Assembly (NCBI GenBank): GCA_963740315.1
Contig: CAVUDP010000003.1
Location: 96,001 to 160,000 of the forward strand
Reading direction: 5' to 3'
Source: an uncultured cyanobacterium
GTDB lineage: Bacteria > Cyanobacteriota > Cyanobacteriia > Cyanobacteriales > Nostocaceae
Length of the DNA stretch: 64,000 nucleotides
Made by a program: the position numbers and the translations under genes
Part shown: piece after piece, positions 49,198-60,338 of the stretch
How positions within the stretch are numbered: the stretch's first letter is position 1
How the letters are laid out: each line of letters begins with the position of its first letter
Notes under the pieces: generated by a model
Told to the model about the DNA's origin: nothing
What the model saw: the letters and a program-made list of their open reading frames with translations, nothing else
The model's database searches: none

Positions 49198-50061
49198 ATG
49201 TTTGGAAGGGAGGAAGGGAAATTGGACGAATTAAGAGCGGCGCTAGAGTTAGCTACTGAAGAAGAGTTGCAAGATTTAACTGCGATTCTATTTAGTCGTA
49301 GGTTTAATCCTTTGGATTACGTACAGACACCAGAACCTATAGAAGTTCAAAGTCAGAATCGTCAAGCTTGGTTGGATACGCTTGAGGAACGTTTTCGCTT
49401 TTTGGCTGCCGATGGAATGACGGTATTGCGGGGACGTACTCACCAGGTAACTTACCGCGAAGCTTTGGTTCAGGTATGCAAATATTTAAAAATTCCTTAT
49501 TCTGACAATTTGACAACTGTTGATTTAGAAGCTGAAGTGTTTTTGCATCTTTTAGGAAGAGTTTGGAAGAAATTACCTGCGGGAGAAAAAAGAAAGTTAA
49601 CCGAAAAAGTACAGGATTCCTTAATTACATCCGAAAAGGAACCGTTACCTCTTGCTTTACAAAAAGATCCCTTGGGCTTAATTTTTAAAGGTGGTAGTGC
49701 AATCGCTGTGACTTCGGTGATTAAACCAATGTTGCTCAGACAAATTACCAGTCAGTTTGCGACACATTTCGCTACTTATCAGCTAGCTAAAGAAACAGCA
49801 ATTGCAGGTGGAACTGCTGCTGCAAAACAGTTTCAAGGTTATGCAACTTCGCAAATAGCCCGTCGGGGTATGGCTGTGAGTGCAGCGCGTTATGGTGCAG
49901 TCAGAAGCGTATTTGCATTTGTTGGTCCGATGATGTGGGCTTGGTTTTTCGCCGATTTAGGATGGAGAGCGATCGCCACTAATTATGGTCGAATTATTCC
50001 CACTATTTTCGCTTTAGCTCAGATTCGTTTAACAAGGGCTGAATGTTGGGAAATGGCTTGA
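49198..50061 (+). CDS. YaaW-like family protein
   Basis: LDELRAALELATEEEL, RFRFLAADG, ATNYGRIIP. Confidence 0.75.
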   Translation: MFGREEGKLDELRAALELATEEELQDLTAILFSRRFNPLDYVQTPEPIEVQSQNRQAWLDTLEERFRFLAADGMTVLRGRTHQVTYREALVQVCKYLKIPYSDNLTTVDLEAEVFLHLLGRVWKKLPAGEKRKLTEKVQDSLITSEKEPLPLALQKDPLGLIFKGGSAIAVTSVIKPMLLRQITSQFATHFATYQLAKETAIAGGTAAAKQFQGYATSQIARRGMAVSAARYGAVRSVFAFVGPMMWAWFFADLGWRAIATNYGRIIPTIFALAQIRLTRAECWEMA

Positions 50062-50227
50062 ATAGGGCATAGGAGATGGAGAAGAGTGGGGAGAGGGGGA
50101 AGAGGGGAAGAGGGGGAAGAGGGGGACAAGGAGATAAAAAAAATTTTAACCTTTAACCTTTAATATGCAGACCTTTGACCTTAATTACTCCTCAATCCAA
50201 AATCCAAAATCTAAAATCCAAAATCGA

Positions 50228-51625
50228 ATGACGAAAATTTTATGGTCTTATTTACGACATTCAGACCCTAAACTGCGATTTTCTTGGTATTGCTTGCAAT
50301 TAGGGCTATTAATATTACCTTTCTTTCCAGCTTTGGGTGCTGTAGGTTTATTCTTAAGCGGTTTAATTACTTTTAAGCAAGAATTTCGTAAAATAATCAA
50401 ACATCCCTTGTATCGGGGATTTATTTTTTTAAGTATATTTTTGGTAATTACCGCTGTTTTTGCTGCGGATAAAATAGCAGCTTTCCTTGGTTTATTTAAT
50501 TTATTACCTTTCTTTGCATTATTTATTGGTTGGAGTCGTTTAATTCAAACAACGGCGCAATTAAAACGCATATCCTGGATTTTAACGATAAGTTCCCTAC
50601 CAGTTGTCATTATCGGTATGGGAGAACTATTTCTAGGATGGCACACTTCTAAATTATGGAGTGCCATCTTCGGTTGGACGCTCGTAGCTGGAGGAAATCC
50701 CCCCAACCGTATGGCTTCTAGCTTCATCTACGCTAATGTTTTAGCTGGTTATCTAGTAATAGTTTTTATCTTAAATTTGGGTTTATGGTTGCAAGAATGG
50801 CGAAGAATTAGGACAAGGAGACTAGGAGACAAGGAGATAAGGAGACAAGGAGACAAAGAGACTAGGAGACAAGGAGACAAAATAATTTATTCTACCCCCT
50901 CTACCCCCTCTACCCCCTCCCCTCATCTCCCCATCCCCCCCTCTCCCTACCTCTTCCCCTTCCTCACCCTTACCGCGATCGCCAACTTTACGGGGTTAAT
51001 CTTAACCAACTCTCGCAATGCATGGGTAATTGCAATAGTTATTTGTTTGGCTTATGCTGTTTACCAAGGCTGGCGCTTGATTGTAGCGGTAGTAATGGGA
51101 GTTGCAACTAGCGTACTTTTGGCGGCTTTTGCTCCTTCACCAATTGCAGAGTTATTTCGTAGGGTTGTCCCTGCTTTCTTCTGGGCACGCTTCAATGACC
51201 AATTATACCCAGATAGACCTGTTGCTTTAATGCGGACAACTCAATGGAATTTTGCCTGGGATTTAACTATGCAGCGTCCTTGGACTGGTTGGGGTCTGCG
51301 TAATTTCTCGGACATTTATGAGGCTAAAATGAACCTGTGGTTAGGTCATCCCCATAATTTATTTTTGATGTTATCTGCTGAAACTGGACTCCCCGCAACG
51401 CTGTTATTTTACGGTTTGCTGGGTTGGGTATTTATTAAAGGAGTCAAATTACTGCGAGTTATTCCCCAGGAAGATAAATTAATCTTTTTCAGCTATTTAT
51501 TAGTGTTTTCCGGCTGGATACTTTTTAATACGGTGGATGTGACGCTGTTTGATTTTCGCTTAAATACGCTTTATTGGTTGATTTTGGGCGCGATTCATGG
51601 AATTAAGCGAGCAGTTAGCAGTTAG
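50228..51625 (+). CDS. O-antigen ligase (Wzy_C/IctB-like) family protein
   Basis: RMASSFIYANVLA, LTNSRNAW, GWGLRNF, HPHNLFL. Contains an in-frame repeat insertion. Confidence 0.85.
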   Translation: MTKILWSYLRHSDPKLRFSWYCLQLGLLILPFFPALGAVGLFLSGLITFKQEFRKIIKHPLYRGFIFLSIFLVITAVFAADKIAAFLGLFNLLPFFALFIGWSRLIQTTAQLKRISWILTISSLPVVIIGMGELFLGWHTSKLWSAIFGWTLVAGGNPPNRMASSFIYANVLAGYLVIVFILNLGLWLQEWRRIRTRRLGDKEIRRQGDKETRRQGDKIIYSTPSTPSTPSPHLPIPPSPYLFPFLTLTAIANFTGLILTNSRNAWVIAIVICLAYAVYQGWRLIVAVVMGVATSVLLAAFAPSPIAELFRRVVPAFFWARFNDQLYPDRPVALMRTTQWNFAWDLTMQRPWTGWGLRNFSDIYEAKMNLWLGHPHNLFLMLSAETGLPATLLFYGLLGWVFIKGVKLLRVIPQEDKLIFFSYLLVFSGWILFNTVDVTLFDFRLNTLYWLILGAIHGIKRAVSS

Positions 51626-52174
51626 CTTTTACCTTCACCCAATAAAAAATAGTTTGCGATCGCACAGATAAATTAGCAGCGATTGTCAGTCAGTATGCTC
51701 AATTGAAACAAAATAATCGAGCGGCAGAAAACTGCTAAAACCATCTGTGACGATTACAAACAACTCGATGCAGCGGTTGCGATCGCCATTTGGTACGCCT
51801 CGTTATAGTATTGCCAAATATCTTTTGGGTCTAAAGTTATAGGTAATTTTGATAAAATTCAACCGTAAGATAACGCAGTTTATTCAATTTTAACTATTCC
51901 ATCTTTTTAATTAAAACATCCCATTTGTGACAGATTTAAAAGAGTCTACTTAAATAATTATTCAATTTTATTTTGGAAACTTTTTTTGTATTTTTAAGTC
52001 TCATAATTGTTTTTTATTGTTAAAAAACATCATCAAAACTCAAATGATTTATATACGAGTATTTCCAGAGTTTGAGGTAGCAAATTAACAATTTACGCAA
52101 AATTATTTGGAACCTTTTAATTTGTTTTTCGACTATGAATGTAAAAGCACCCCATACTATATTAGGTGACTCTT

Positions 52175-52708
52175 ATGAAACGCTTTATTAAATCCTGCCT
52201 CACAATTTCAGCATTATCTTCTTTATTAATTGCTCCAGCTGTTTTGTCTGCTGGTTCTGCTTCCGCACAGCCTAGAAGAAGTTGCGATCATACCTATGTT
52301 GGTGGTGGTCTTAGCGGTCAGGTAACAAATGGTGGACAGGATAACGATGCTGCTAATCTTGGTGGCAATATCCAAGGTAGTTTACCCGTACAAGGTACGC
52401 CAATCGACGTTAAGACCAAGGTTTTATGGAACAACGATGCAACCGCTATCAACCCTGAGATTGCAGTTGGTACATGTCTCAATTCCAAGACAAAGGTATA
52501 TGCTGCTGGTGGTTTTTCTTTCGTTGAGCAAGATGGTCAATCAACTCCTTTAGGTAACAAGGATTCAGTCACCGCAAGTATTGGTGTAGAGTCTGAGGTT
52601 AAGAAAGGCATTGTTGTTTACAGTAATGCAACTGTACCGTTCAATGGCTTCGACAATACCAGCGCTATGCCTGTTAACGTTGGTGGTGGTGTTGGTTTTA
52701 AGTTCTAA
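52175..52708 (+). CDS. Outer-membrane beta-barrel-like protein
   Basis: Signal peptide, amphipathic strands, C-terminal GVGFKF. Confidence 0.75.
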   Translation: MKRFIKSCLTISALSSLLIAPAVLSAGSASAQPRRSCDHTYVGGGLSGQVTNGGQDNDAANLGGNIQGSLPVQGTPIDVKTKVLWNNDATAINPEIAVGTCLNSKTKVYAAGGFSFVEQDGQSTPLGNKDSVTASIGVESEVKKGIVVYSNATVPFNGFDNTSAMPVNVGGGVGFKF

Positions 52709-52884
52709 GTAAATTAAAAGATTGCTAGAATTTTTCCACCGTAAAAACAACAGCTATTGCTATTAATTTAAGCTGGCAATATTACTGAAGTTCAAATGTA
52801 AATGACTTTTGGTTTTCATTTTTTGAGTATATTCTCAGAAACTATTATCTTTTACATTTTATTGAATGTAGCTGTATAGCTTTT

Positions 52885-52932
52885 AAAAAACTCAGTTTCT
52901 CGGCATATTTATCGAGAAGCTGGGTTTTTTTT
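52885..52932 (+). terminator. Intrinsic terminator
   Basis: CTCAGTTTCTCG/CGAGAAGCTGGG stem followed by a T-run. Confidence 0.65.
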
Positions 52933-53374
52933 CTTTAAAAAAAAGGAGAGGGGGAAGATGGGGAAGAGGGGGAGAGGGGGAAGAGGGGGAGAGGGGGAAG
53001 AGGGGGAGGCAAGGGGATATTCTCACTGGTAACTGGTAACTGTTAAGTGTTGATGCGATCGCGAATGGGGCTTCCTACCGTGATAAAATTAAATTATTCC
53101 CCTTAATTCCGATCGGAATACCGGGAATATACTTAGCCGATGGGATGCATCTTTATCAGTGACCAGTAGTCAGTAATCAGTGACCTGTAATTAGTAATAC
53201 CGATTAATCTGCTTGTTATAAACACCTTCAACTTTTTCCAAGATCGAATTTGGTATTACAGATGAAGGTGATATTTTATTCGGTGTTATTAAAACAGTAA
53301 TCGGTAATTGAAATACAGTACCCAGGGTGCCTCGGCAATGTAATAATGCCCTATCGAGAACACATACGACTGCA

Positions 53375-55405
53375 ATGGTTAAGTCCGCTCCTCCCGAAAA
53401 CACAAACCGTAAACCTTCCAAGCTTGAAGGACTCAAAGAACGCAGTAATTTTTTGCGCGAGCCTGTAGCAACTGAGATTCTTGAAGATACTACTCACTTT
53501 AGTGAAGAAGGTATACAAATTCTCAAGTTTCACGGTTCTTATCAGCAAGATAACCGCGATAATCGCGTCAGAGGACAAGAAAAAGATTATCAAATGATGC
53601 TGCGAACCCGGAATCCGGGGGGTTTCGTGCCACCGCAGTTGTATTTAACTTTGGATAAGCTTTCGGATGATTACGGAAACCACACGATGCGGATAACTAC
53701 TCGTCAAGGTTTCCAACTGCATGGAATTTTAAAGAAAAATCTCAAATCATCAATTGCTGCGATTATTCAAAACATGGGTTCCACTTTGGGTGCTTGTGGA
53801 GACTTGAATCGCAATGTAATGGCACCTGCCGCTCCTTTTAAAAATAAACCAGAATATCAATACGCCGTTGAGTACGCCGATAAAATTGCCGATTTACTCA
53901 CGCCGCAAACTGGCGCTTATTATGAAATTTGGTTGGATGGCGAAAAGGCTATCAGCGCCGAAGAAAGTCCGGAGATAAAAGCTGCGCGTCAGCGTAATGG
54001 TACGGGAACCGTTTTTCACGATAATCCTGAAGAACCGATTTACGGTACCCACTATATGCCGCGCAAGTTTAAAATTAGCGTCACGGTACCGGGTGATAAT
54101 AGCATTGACCTTTATACTCAAGATTTATCGTTGGTGGTAATTACCGATGAAAATTCCGAGTTGCAAGGATTCAATGTCTTTGCTGGTGGTGGTTTGGGAA
54201 GAACCCATAATAAAGAAGAAACCTTTGCCAGAAAAGCTGATGAAATTTGTTACGTCTCAAAATCAGATGTTTACGAATTAGTTAAAGCTATTGTCGCTAC
54301 TCAAAGAGATTATGGCGATCGCTCTCAAAGACGACACGCTCGTTTAAAATATTTAATCAACGATTGGGGTGTAGAAAAATTCCGTTCCCAGGTTGAGGAA
54401 TATTTTGGTAAGTCTTTAGAACCTTTTAAAGAATTACCCGAATTCAAATATCAAGACTACCTTGGTTGGAACGAACAAGGTGATGGAAAGCTGTTTTTAG
54501 GCATTTCCATCGAAAACGGTAGAGTCAAAGATGAAGGAACATTTAAACTCAAAACCGCATTGCGGAAAATCGTCGAACAGTTCAACTTAGATGTTCGCCT
54601 TACCGCCAATCACAACTTGGTTTTTTGCGACATCGAACCCGATCGCAAACAAGCCATCGAAGAAATACTGCAAAACCACGGTATCAATAGCGACCCCAAC
54701 AAAATTGAACCATTGGTACGCTATGCAATGGCTTGTCCCGCACTTCCCACCTGCGGATTGGCGATCGCCGAATCGGAACGAGTAATTCCCGGCATTTTAG
54801 ACCGCATTCGCACGCTTTTAAACGATCTGGGTTTACAAAAAGAGCATTTTGTGGTACGGATGACTGGTTGCCCTAACGGTTGCGCTCGTCCCTACATGGC
54901 AGAATTGGGTTTCGTTGGTAGCGCTCCCGATGCGTATCAATTATGGCTGGGAGGTTCGCCAAATCAAACTCGGTTGGCATTACCTTACATGGAAAGGCTA
55001 CACCAGAATGATTTGGAAACGCAGTTAGAACCGATGTTCGTTTACTTCAAAGAATCTCGCGAAACCGAGGAAAGCTTTGGGGACTTTTGTAATCGAGTTG
55101 GATTTGACGCAATTCGCGAATATGCAGCTAATTACGAAAGCAAAAAAGTTGCTCCTGAAGTATTATCCGATGATAGTGATGGTTTGATAGAAACAATGGC
55201 AGATTCAACTACAGCAGCAGTTACAGAAGAAAGCGATCGTCAGGTAGTAGCGATTGATAATACTACGACTGCGAAGAAATTAAGACATCGAGTTACCGTT
55301 AAAGACGATCTTTACAGCAAACTTAAGCAAGCTTCTGAAAGTCAGGGTAAACCGATGACAGATATGGTGAATGAAGCGATAAAGGCTTATTTAGGCGTAG
55401 AGTAG
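53375..55405 (+). CDS. sir: Ferredoxin-dependent sulfite reductase
   Basis: [29 protein letters not shown] and TGCPNGC siroheme/4Fe-4S motifs. Confidence 0.96.
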   Translation: MVKSAPPENTNRKPSKLEGLKERSNFLREPVATEILEDTTHFSEEGIQILKFHGSYQQDNRDNRVRGQEKDYQMMLRTRNPGGFVPPQLYLTLDKLSDDYGNHTMRITTRQGFQLHGILKKNLKSSIAAIIQNMGSTLGACGDLNRNVMAPAAPFKNKPEYQYAVEYADKIADLLTPQTGAYYEIWLDGEKAISAEESPEIKAARQRNGTGTVFHDNPEEPIYGTHYMPRKFKISVTVPGDNSIDLYTQDLSLVVITDENSELQGFNVFAGGGLGRTHNKEETFARKADEICYVSKSDVYELVKAIVATQRDYGDRSQRRHARLKYLINDWGVEKFRSQVEEYFGKSLEPFKELPEFKYQDYLGWNEQGDGKLFLGISIENGRVKDEGTFKLKTALRKIVEQFNLDVRLTANHNLVFCDIEPDRKQAIEEILQNHGINSDPNKIEPLVRYAMACPALPTCGLAIAESERVIPGILDRIRTLLNDLGLQKEHFVVRMTGCPNGCARPYMAELGFVGSAPDAYQLWLGGSPNQTRLALPYMERLHQNDLETQLEPMFVYFKESRETEESFGDFCNRVGFDAIREYAANYESKKVAPEVLSDDSDGLIETMADSTTAAVTEESDRQVVAIDNTTTAKKLRHRVTVKDDLYSKLKQASESQGKPMTDMVNEAIKAYLGVE

Positions 55406-55535
55406 AGCAAAAAACCTCACATTTACAAGCCTTCACTCTGGCTATGGTGGGGAGCTAACTTAACAAAGCCCACCGTAAGGTGGGCTAATTTATTAGTTGC
55501 AATCACCTAAATTTAGGAGATACATCAGTTATGTG

Positions 55536-55784
55536 TTAGGAATTGTTTTCTAACCAGGTGGTTAAATTGTTTTGGCTGGAAAAATCTAATAGTGCTTCTC
55601 CTAAGTCTTCTAATTGATTAGTAGATAAAGCTTGAATTTTCTGTTCGATGTCAGCAGAAGTTTCACCAAACTTGCGGGTAAGCAATCGTAAAATTAGTGT
55701 CGCTTCACCTTGTTGCTTTCCTATGCGTAAACCTATTTCTTCTCCTATGAGGATAATATCCTGATAAATGACTGATTCTTGCAT
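55536..55784 (-). CDS. Orphan DUF4351 / Rpn C-terminal module
   Basis: Duplicate of the 3' part of the adjacent Rpn gene (homology extends to about 55832). GAGGAAATT-ATG start (MQESVIYQDI). Confidence 0.7.
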   Translation of the reverse strand: MQESVIYQDIILIGEEIGLRIGKQQGEATLILRLLTRKFGETSADIEQKIQALSTNQLEDLGEALLDFSSQNNLTTWLENNS

Positions 55785-55938
55785 AATTTCCTCTCGGAAT
55801 AGTTGATTAATTAAATCTCTGTCAAATCGCAATTGAAAAGATTTTTGTATAACTGATATTGAGCTATATTTTTTAATTTTATTTGTTGGGATGACTTAGA
55901 TTTAGGAGACGTAGCAGTGCTACGTCTCTACATTAGTG

Positions 55939-56781
55939 TTAGGAATTGTTTTCTAACCAGGTGGTTAAATTGTTTTGGCTGGAAAAATCTAATAATGCTT
56001 CTCCTAAGTCTTCTAGTTGAGTAGTGGATAAAGCATTAATTCGCTGTTGCGTTTCCGAATTCATGCTACCAATGCGACGGTTAAGTAAGCGCATGGTGTA
56101 TTGTAAGGCTTCTTGTTTCTTTCCCCGCTGCTCTCCTATTTGTTCTCCTATGAGAATAATATCCTGATAAATTACTGATTCTTGCATGATTTCCTCTCGG
56201 AATAGTTGATTAATTAAATTTCTGTCAAATCGCAATCCGGCTAAAATTTGAGTGCAGGCTGATATATTTTTTTGTTCTTCACTTTCTTCAATCATATCTA
56301 CCTGACTCGCAACTTGCTGTAATAAGCTTTCGGGTGAGTTGCTTTTTGCTAATACAGCAAGCGGTAATAGTGCGGGATTGTTTAGTAAAGCGGTAGAATC
56401 TTCTTCCCACAAGCGAATAACTCGATACCTGTGACGGGTGTTTTTATCTACATATTCGGTTTTAAAAACCATTTCTGAGTTGCTCGGTTGAAGGAAGATG
56501 ATTACTTGTTCAATGTCACACCAATATATTTGCTTTAATCTGATGTAATAATTGAGCATTCGGAAATCGAGCGGTGGTGTTGATGTTGGTTGGGTTTGGA
56601 ATTCTATATGTAAAATTTGGTTGGAAGTTTGCAGCAATGTCACCGAATCGGCTCGGATTGGTTCGAGATTAAGTTCGGTTTTGAGTACTTGGATATCTGA
56701 GGTATCGGTGGAAAGCAGCCAGTTTGCGAACTCTACTGGGTAGGTTTCGGCAAGGTATTTGCAGGTGTTGTCGTAAGCCAA
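55939..56781 (-). CDS. Rpn family recombination-promoting nuclease / DUF4351 protein
   Basis: YDNTCKYLAE, PIRADS, ILHIEFQT (PD-(D/E)XK-like), MQESVIYQ, LEDLGEALLDF. Confidence 0.88.
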   Translation of the reverse strand: MAYDNTCKYLAETYPVEFANWLLSTDTSDIQVLKTELNLEPIRADSVTLLQTSNQILHIEFQTQPTSTPPLDFRMLNYYIRLKQIYWCDIEQVIIFLQPSNSEMVFKTEYVDKNTRHRYRVIRLWEEDSTALLNNPALLPLAVLAKSNSPESLLQQVASQVDMIEESEEQKNISACTQILAGLRFDRNLINQLFREEIMQESVIYQDIILIGEQIGEQRGKKQEALQYTMRLLNRRIGSMNSETQQRINALSTTQLEDLGEALLDFSSQNNLTTWLENNS

Positions 56782-56901
56782 GAGTAGATGTGGGTTAACA
56801 GTAATTAATTATTAATTCATATCTTGCACATTATTAACAAGCTTAAAGAAAACCGCTTTCTCATTTAGGAAGGCAAAATATAACCGCTATATGTTGAACT
56901 T

Positions 56902-58194
56902 TTAAATTTGGCGCAAAGGAATGGAAATGATGAACTCGGCTCCTTTTCCAGACTCTGAAATACAATGCAGTTCGCCCTTATGGTTATCGACAATGACTTG
57001 ATAGCTAACGGCTAATCCCATACCAGTACCTTTTCCGACAATTTTTGTAGTAAAAAAAGGGTCAAATAAACGTTCGCTTACTTCTTTTGTTATTCCAATA
57101 CCATTGTCAGCAATACGAATCGCAGCTTTATCATCTATAAGTTCTGTGACAATGCGAATCTGAGGTTTGCAAATATAGTTTCTTTCTATTCCTTCTTCTA
57201 ATGCATCAATGGCATTAGAAATCACGTTCATAAATACTTGATTGAGCTTCTGAGGATAACATTCTATTTTTGGTAACTGAGCATATTCTTTTATGACTTG
57301 GATTTGTTTTCTATGAGGAGATCGATCGATACGATGTTGCAATAAAAGTATTGTATTGTCTATACCTGCATGGATATCTACCATTTTATAGTTTGCTTGA
57401 GCCAGGTGAGAAAAATCTCTTAAAGACTGGACAATTTGAGTGATTCTATCCGCACCTTGGTTCATAGAAGAAAGCAAATTAGGAAAATCTTCGATAATAA
57501 AATCCAAATCAATATCACTTATTTGTTGACCAATTTCTGTCGCCGGTTTGGGATAATGCTTTTGGTATAAAGTAATTAAATCTAATAAGTCTTTGACATA
57601 AAATTTTGCTGCATCAATGTTTCCAGAAATGAAGCTGGTAGGATTATTAATTTCGTGAGCAACACCTGCTACCAAACTACCCAAAGATGCCATTTTTTCA
57701 GAAAGAAATAATCGAGCTTGGGTAAGTTTCAGTGCTTCTTCTACTCGTTTGCGATCGCTGATATCTCGCGCTACCCAAACCGCTTGAGTATCGGAGATCA
57801 AAGAAATACTCGCACTAAACCAATATTTAGTATCTTCTATAAGCAAACTATAATCGTAATTGATTGTTTGTGCCGATTTTAATGCTTCGTCAATTTTTTC
57901 TAACCAGCTTAAGCGGGTTTTATCTTGAAAAAACTGTTCTACTGTCTCGCCAATTATATCTATATCTTTATTAAATGAATTACTATAGTTTGTCGGGATA
58001 ATTTCTACGTTAGTTAGTACTGTTTTATCAACATGGATAATAAGTACTATGTCCGTCATTGCTTCAAAAATTGCTCTTACTTTAGCTTCAGAACTACGTA
58101 GTTTTTTTTCCAATAAATCGCGTTCGGAGATGTCTTTCTGAAGTTGGTGATTTATTTCTTTTAATTCAGATAATTTATCATTAGCTTCATGCAT
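56902..58194 (-). CDS. PAS-domain sensor histidine kinase
   Basis: AGVAHEINNP, QVFMNVISNAIDA, ADNGIG, FDPFFTTK, GTGMGL. Confidence 0.92.
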   Translation of the reverse strand: MHEANDKLSELKEINHQLQKDISERDLLEKKLRSSEAKVRAIFEAMTDIVLIIHVDKTVLTNVEIIPTNYSNSFNKDIDIIGETVEQFFQDKTRLSWLEKIDEALKSAQTINYDYSLLIEDTKYWFSASISLISDTQAVWVARDISDRKRVEEALKLTQARLFLSEKMASLGSLVAGVAHEINNPTSFISGNIDAAKFYVKDLLDLITLYQKHYPKPATEIGQQISDIDLDFIIEDFPNLLSSMNQGADRITQIVQSLRDFSHLAQANYKMVDIHAGIDNTILLLQHRIDRSPHRKQIQVIKEYAQLPKIECYPQKLNQVFMNVISNAIDALEEGIERNYICKPQIRIVTELIDDKAAIRIADNGIGITKEVSERLFDPFFTTKIVGKGTGMGLAVSYQVIVDNHKGELHCISESGKGAEFIISIPLRQI

Positions 58195-58521
58195 AAAATC
58201 AATTTATATTATTAATATTCTATTTAATAAAATGGCGTTTATCGATTAATATTAACATAATTTATAATCATATCTAAGTTTATCTATCATTAAGAATAAA
58301 GAATTGAAAAATATATAAACTAACTTATCCCAAATGTATAAAAACACATGAGTTAATCTCTTTACAAGATTATATTCACTTATAAAAATAACAAATGTTT
58401 TTAAGCAAAGGGATTTAAATTTATAGGAAAAAAATCCGGATCGTATAATAATTTAAAGGTGGGCATCATCACCCACCTGAAAATATTTTGGAAACAACAA
58501 GGCTGACATCTGAGGAGTATT

Positions 58522-60252
58522 TTATTCTTCTGAAGATGCAAAACTAGAAACAGATGCTTCACATTGATAAGCGTTTTTAACTGCCAACCAATTACTTGCA
58601 ATAGGCATTCGCCAACCAGTACCGAAGGCGCGATCGGTGATTTTTATTCCTGGTGGTGCCTGTCGCCGCTTGAACTCTGCACGCGCTACCATTTTAATAA
58701 TTCGGTTGACGATCGCGGCATCATGCCCTGCTGCAACTATCTGCGCTGCTGACTGATAATCGTTAATTAGACGCTGCAAAATATCATCTAAAGTATCGTA
58801 ATCTGGTAATGAATCTTGGTCAATTTGGTTGGGTTTAAGTTCGGCGCTTGGTGGTTTTGTTAAAACATTTTCAGGAATAACTTCGCCTTTACGATTTAAC
58901 CAACGACAAAGCGAGTAAACGCGGGTTTTAGGAACATCAGCAATTACAGCCAAACCACCATTCATATCACCGTATAAAGTGCAGTAACCAACCGCCATTT
59001 CTGATTTGTTACCAGTTGATAGCAAAAGGTAGCCAAATTTATTAGAAATTGCCATCAATAAATTACCGCGAATTCGAGATTGGATGTTCTCTTCTGCTAA
59101 TCCAAATTCGGTGTTGGTAAATAATTCTGCAAAGGTGCTGTCATAGGATTGCATCAATTCTCCGATTGGCAGTTTTTCCGTTTTTATCCCCAGATTTACA
59201 GCTAAATCGTCAGCATCTTTAATGGAAGATTCCGAGCTGTAAGGAGAAGGCATCAATACACCCAGGACATTTTCTTTACCTAACGCGGTAGTGGCGATCG
59301 CTGCGACAATTGATGAATCAATACCGCCGCTTAAACCCAAGACTACTTTAGAAAAATTACATTTTCGAGCGTAATCCCGTACTCCCAACACCAAAGCCTG
59401 CCAAATTTCTTCATCTTCAGATTCATAATCGCAGGCAATATTGATATTTGAACTATTATCTAAATCTTGTTTTTGTTTATCGAATTCTAATTGTAATAAA
59501 TCGGTATCGAAACCACGAGCGCGACAGCTTAATTCACCACTTTTATTTAAAGCAAAACTTCTACCATCAAAAATTAAATCGTCGTTACCGCCTACTTGAT
59601 TCACATAAATAATTGGTTTATCGAAGCGCACCGCACTGTGTTTTAACATCGCTTCTCTAAACTTTTGTTTACCAAATGTATAAGGTGAAGCGGATAAATT
59701 TACAACTAAATCCACACCCAGTTTTGATAAATCGGCAATTGGACTTACAGAATAACTGCGTTTACCAAAAAATTCTTCATCATTCCATAAATCTTCGCAA
59801 ATAGTCACGCCGATTTTAACGTCATCAAGAGTAAAATAATTTGCTTGTAATCCCGCTTCAAAATAGCGATTTTCGTCAAATACATCGTAAGTTGGTAATA
59901 ATCTTTTGTGAAAAACTTGCTTTACTTTTCCTGACTGCAATAAAGCAATACTGTTATATAAAGTTTTTCCACCAGCAGTATGTGCCTTGGAATTTTGTTC
60001 AACTGTTCCCACCAATACCGCTAAATTTGCAGGTAAATCTCTGGCTAACTGTTGTAAAGTAATACTCATCGCCTCTACAAAGCCAGGATTTAATAATAAA
60101 TCTCGTGGAGGATAACCGCACAAAGAAAGTTCCGGGGTTAATAATAAATGACTTTTATCTGCTGCTGCTTTTTTCGCCGCCGATAAAATTTTTTGAGCGT
60201 TACCAGGTAAATCGCCAATTATAGGATTAATTTGAGCTATTGTAATTTTCAT
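58522..60252 (-). CDS. nadE: Glutamine-dependent NAD+ synthetase
   Basis: Nitrilase domain (TPEL, K, ICEDLW) plus LSGGIDS, ENIQSR, GNKSE, PPSAEL. Confidence 0.96.
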   Translation of the reverse strand: MKITIAQINPIIGDLPGNAQKILSAAKKAAADKSHLLLTPELSLCGYPPRDLLLNPGFVEAMSITLQQLARDLPANLAVLVGTVEQNSKAHTAGGKTLYNSIALLQSGKVKQVFHKRLLPTYDVFDENRYFEAGLQANYFTLDDVKIGVTICEDLWNDEEFFGKRSYSVSPIADLSKLGVDLVVNLSASPYTFGKQKFREAMLKHSAVRFDKPIIYVNQVGGNDDLIFDGRSFALNKSGELSCRARGFDTDLLQLEFDKQKQDLDNSSNINIACDYESEDEEIWQALVLGVRDYARKCNFSKVVLGLSGGIDSSIVAAIATTALGKENVLGVLMPSPYSSESSIKDADDLAVNLGIKTEKLPIGELMQSYDSTFAELFTNTEFGLAEENIQSRIRGNLLMAISNKFGYLLLSTGNKSEMAVGYCTLYGDMNGGLAVIADVPKTRVYSLCRWLNRKGEVIPENVLTKPPSAELKPNQIDQDSLPDYDTLDDILQRLINDYQSAAQIVAAGHDAAIVNRIIKMVARAEFKRRQAPPGIKITDRAFGTGWRMPIASNWLAVKNAYQCEASVSSFASSEE

Positions 60253-60338
60253 TTATCAGTTATCAGTTATCACTGTTTGCTAAAAATTAGATCGGTACAG
60301 TATTCATTTTTCCCTATTCCCCATTCCCTCTATAATTA

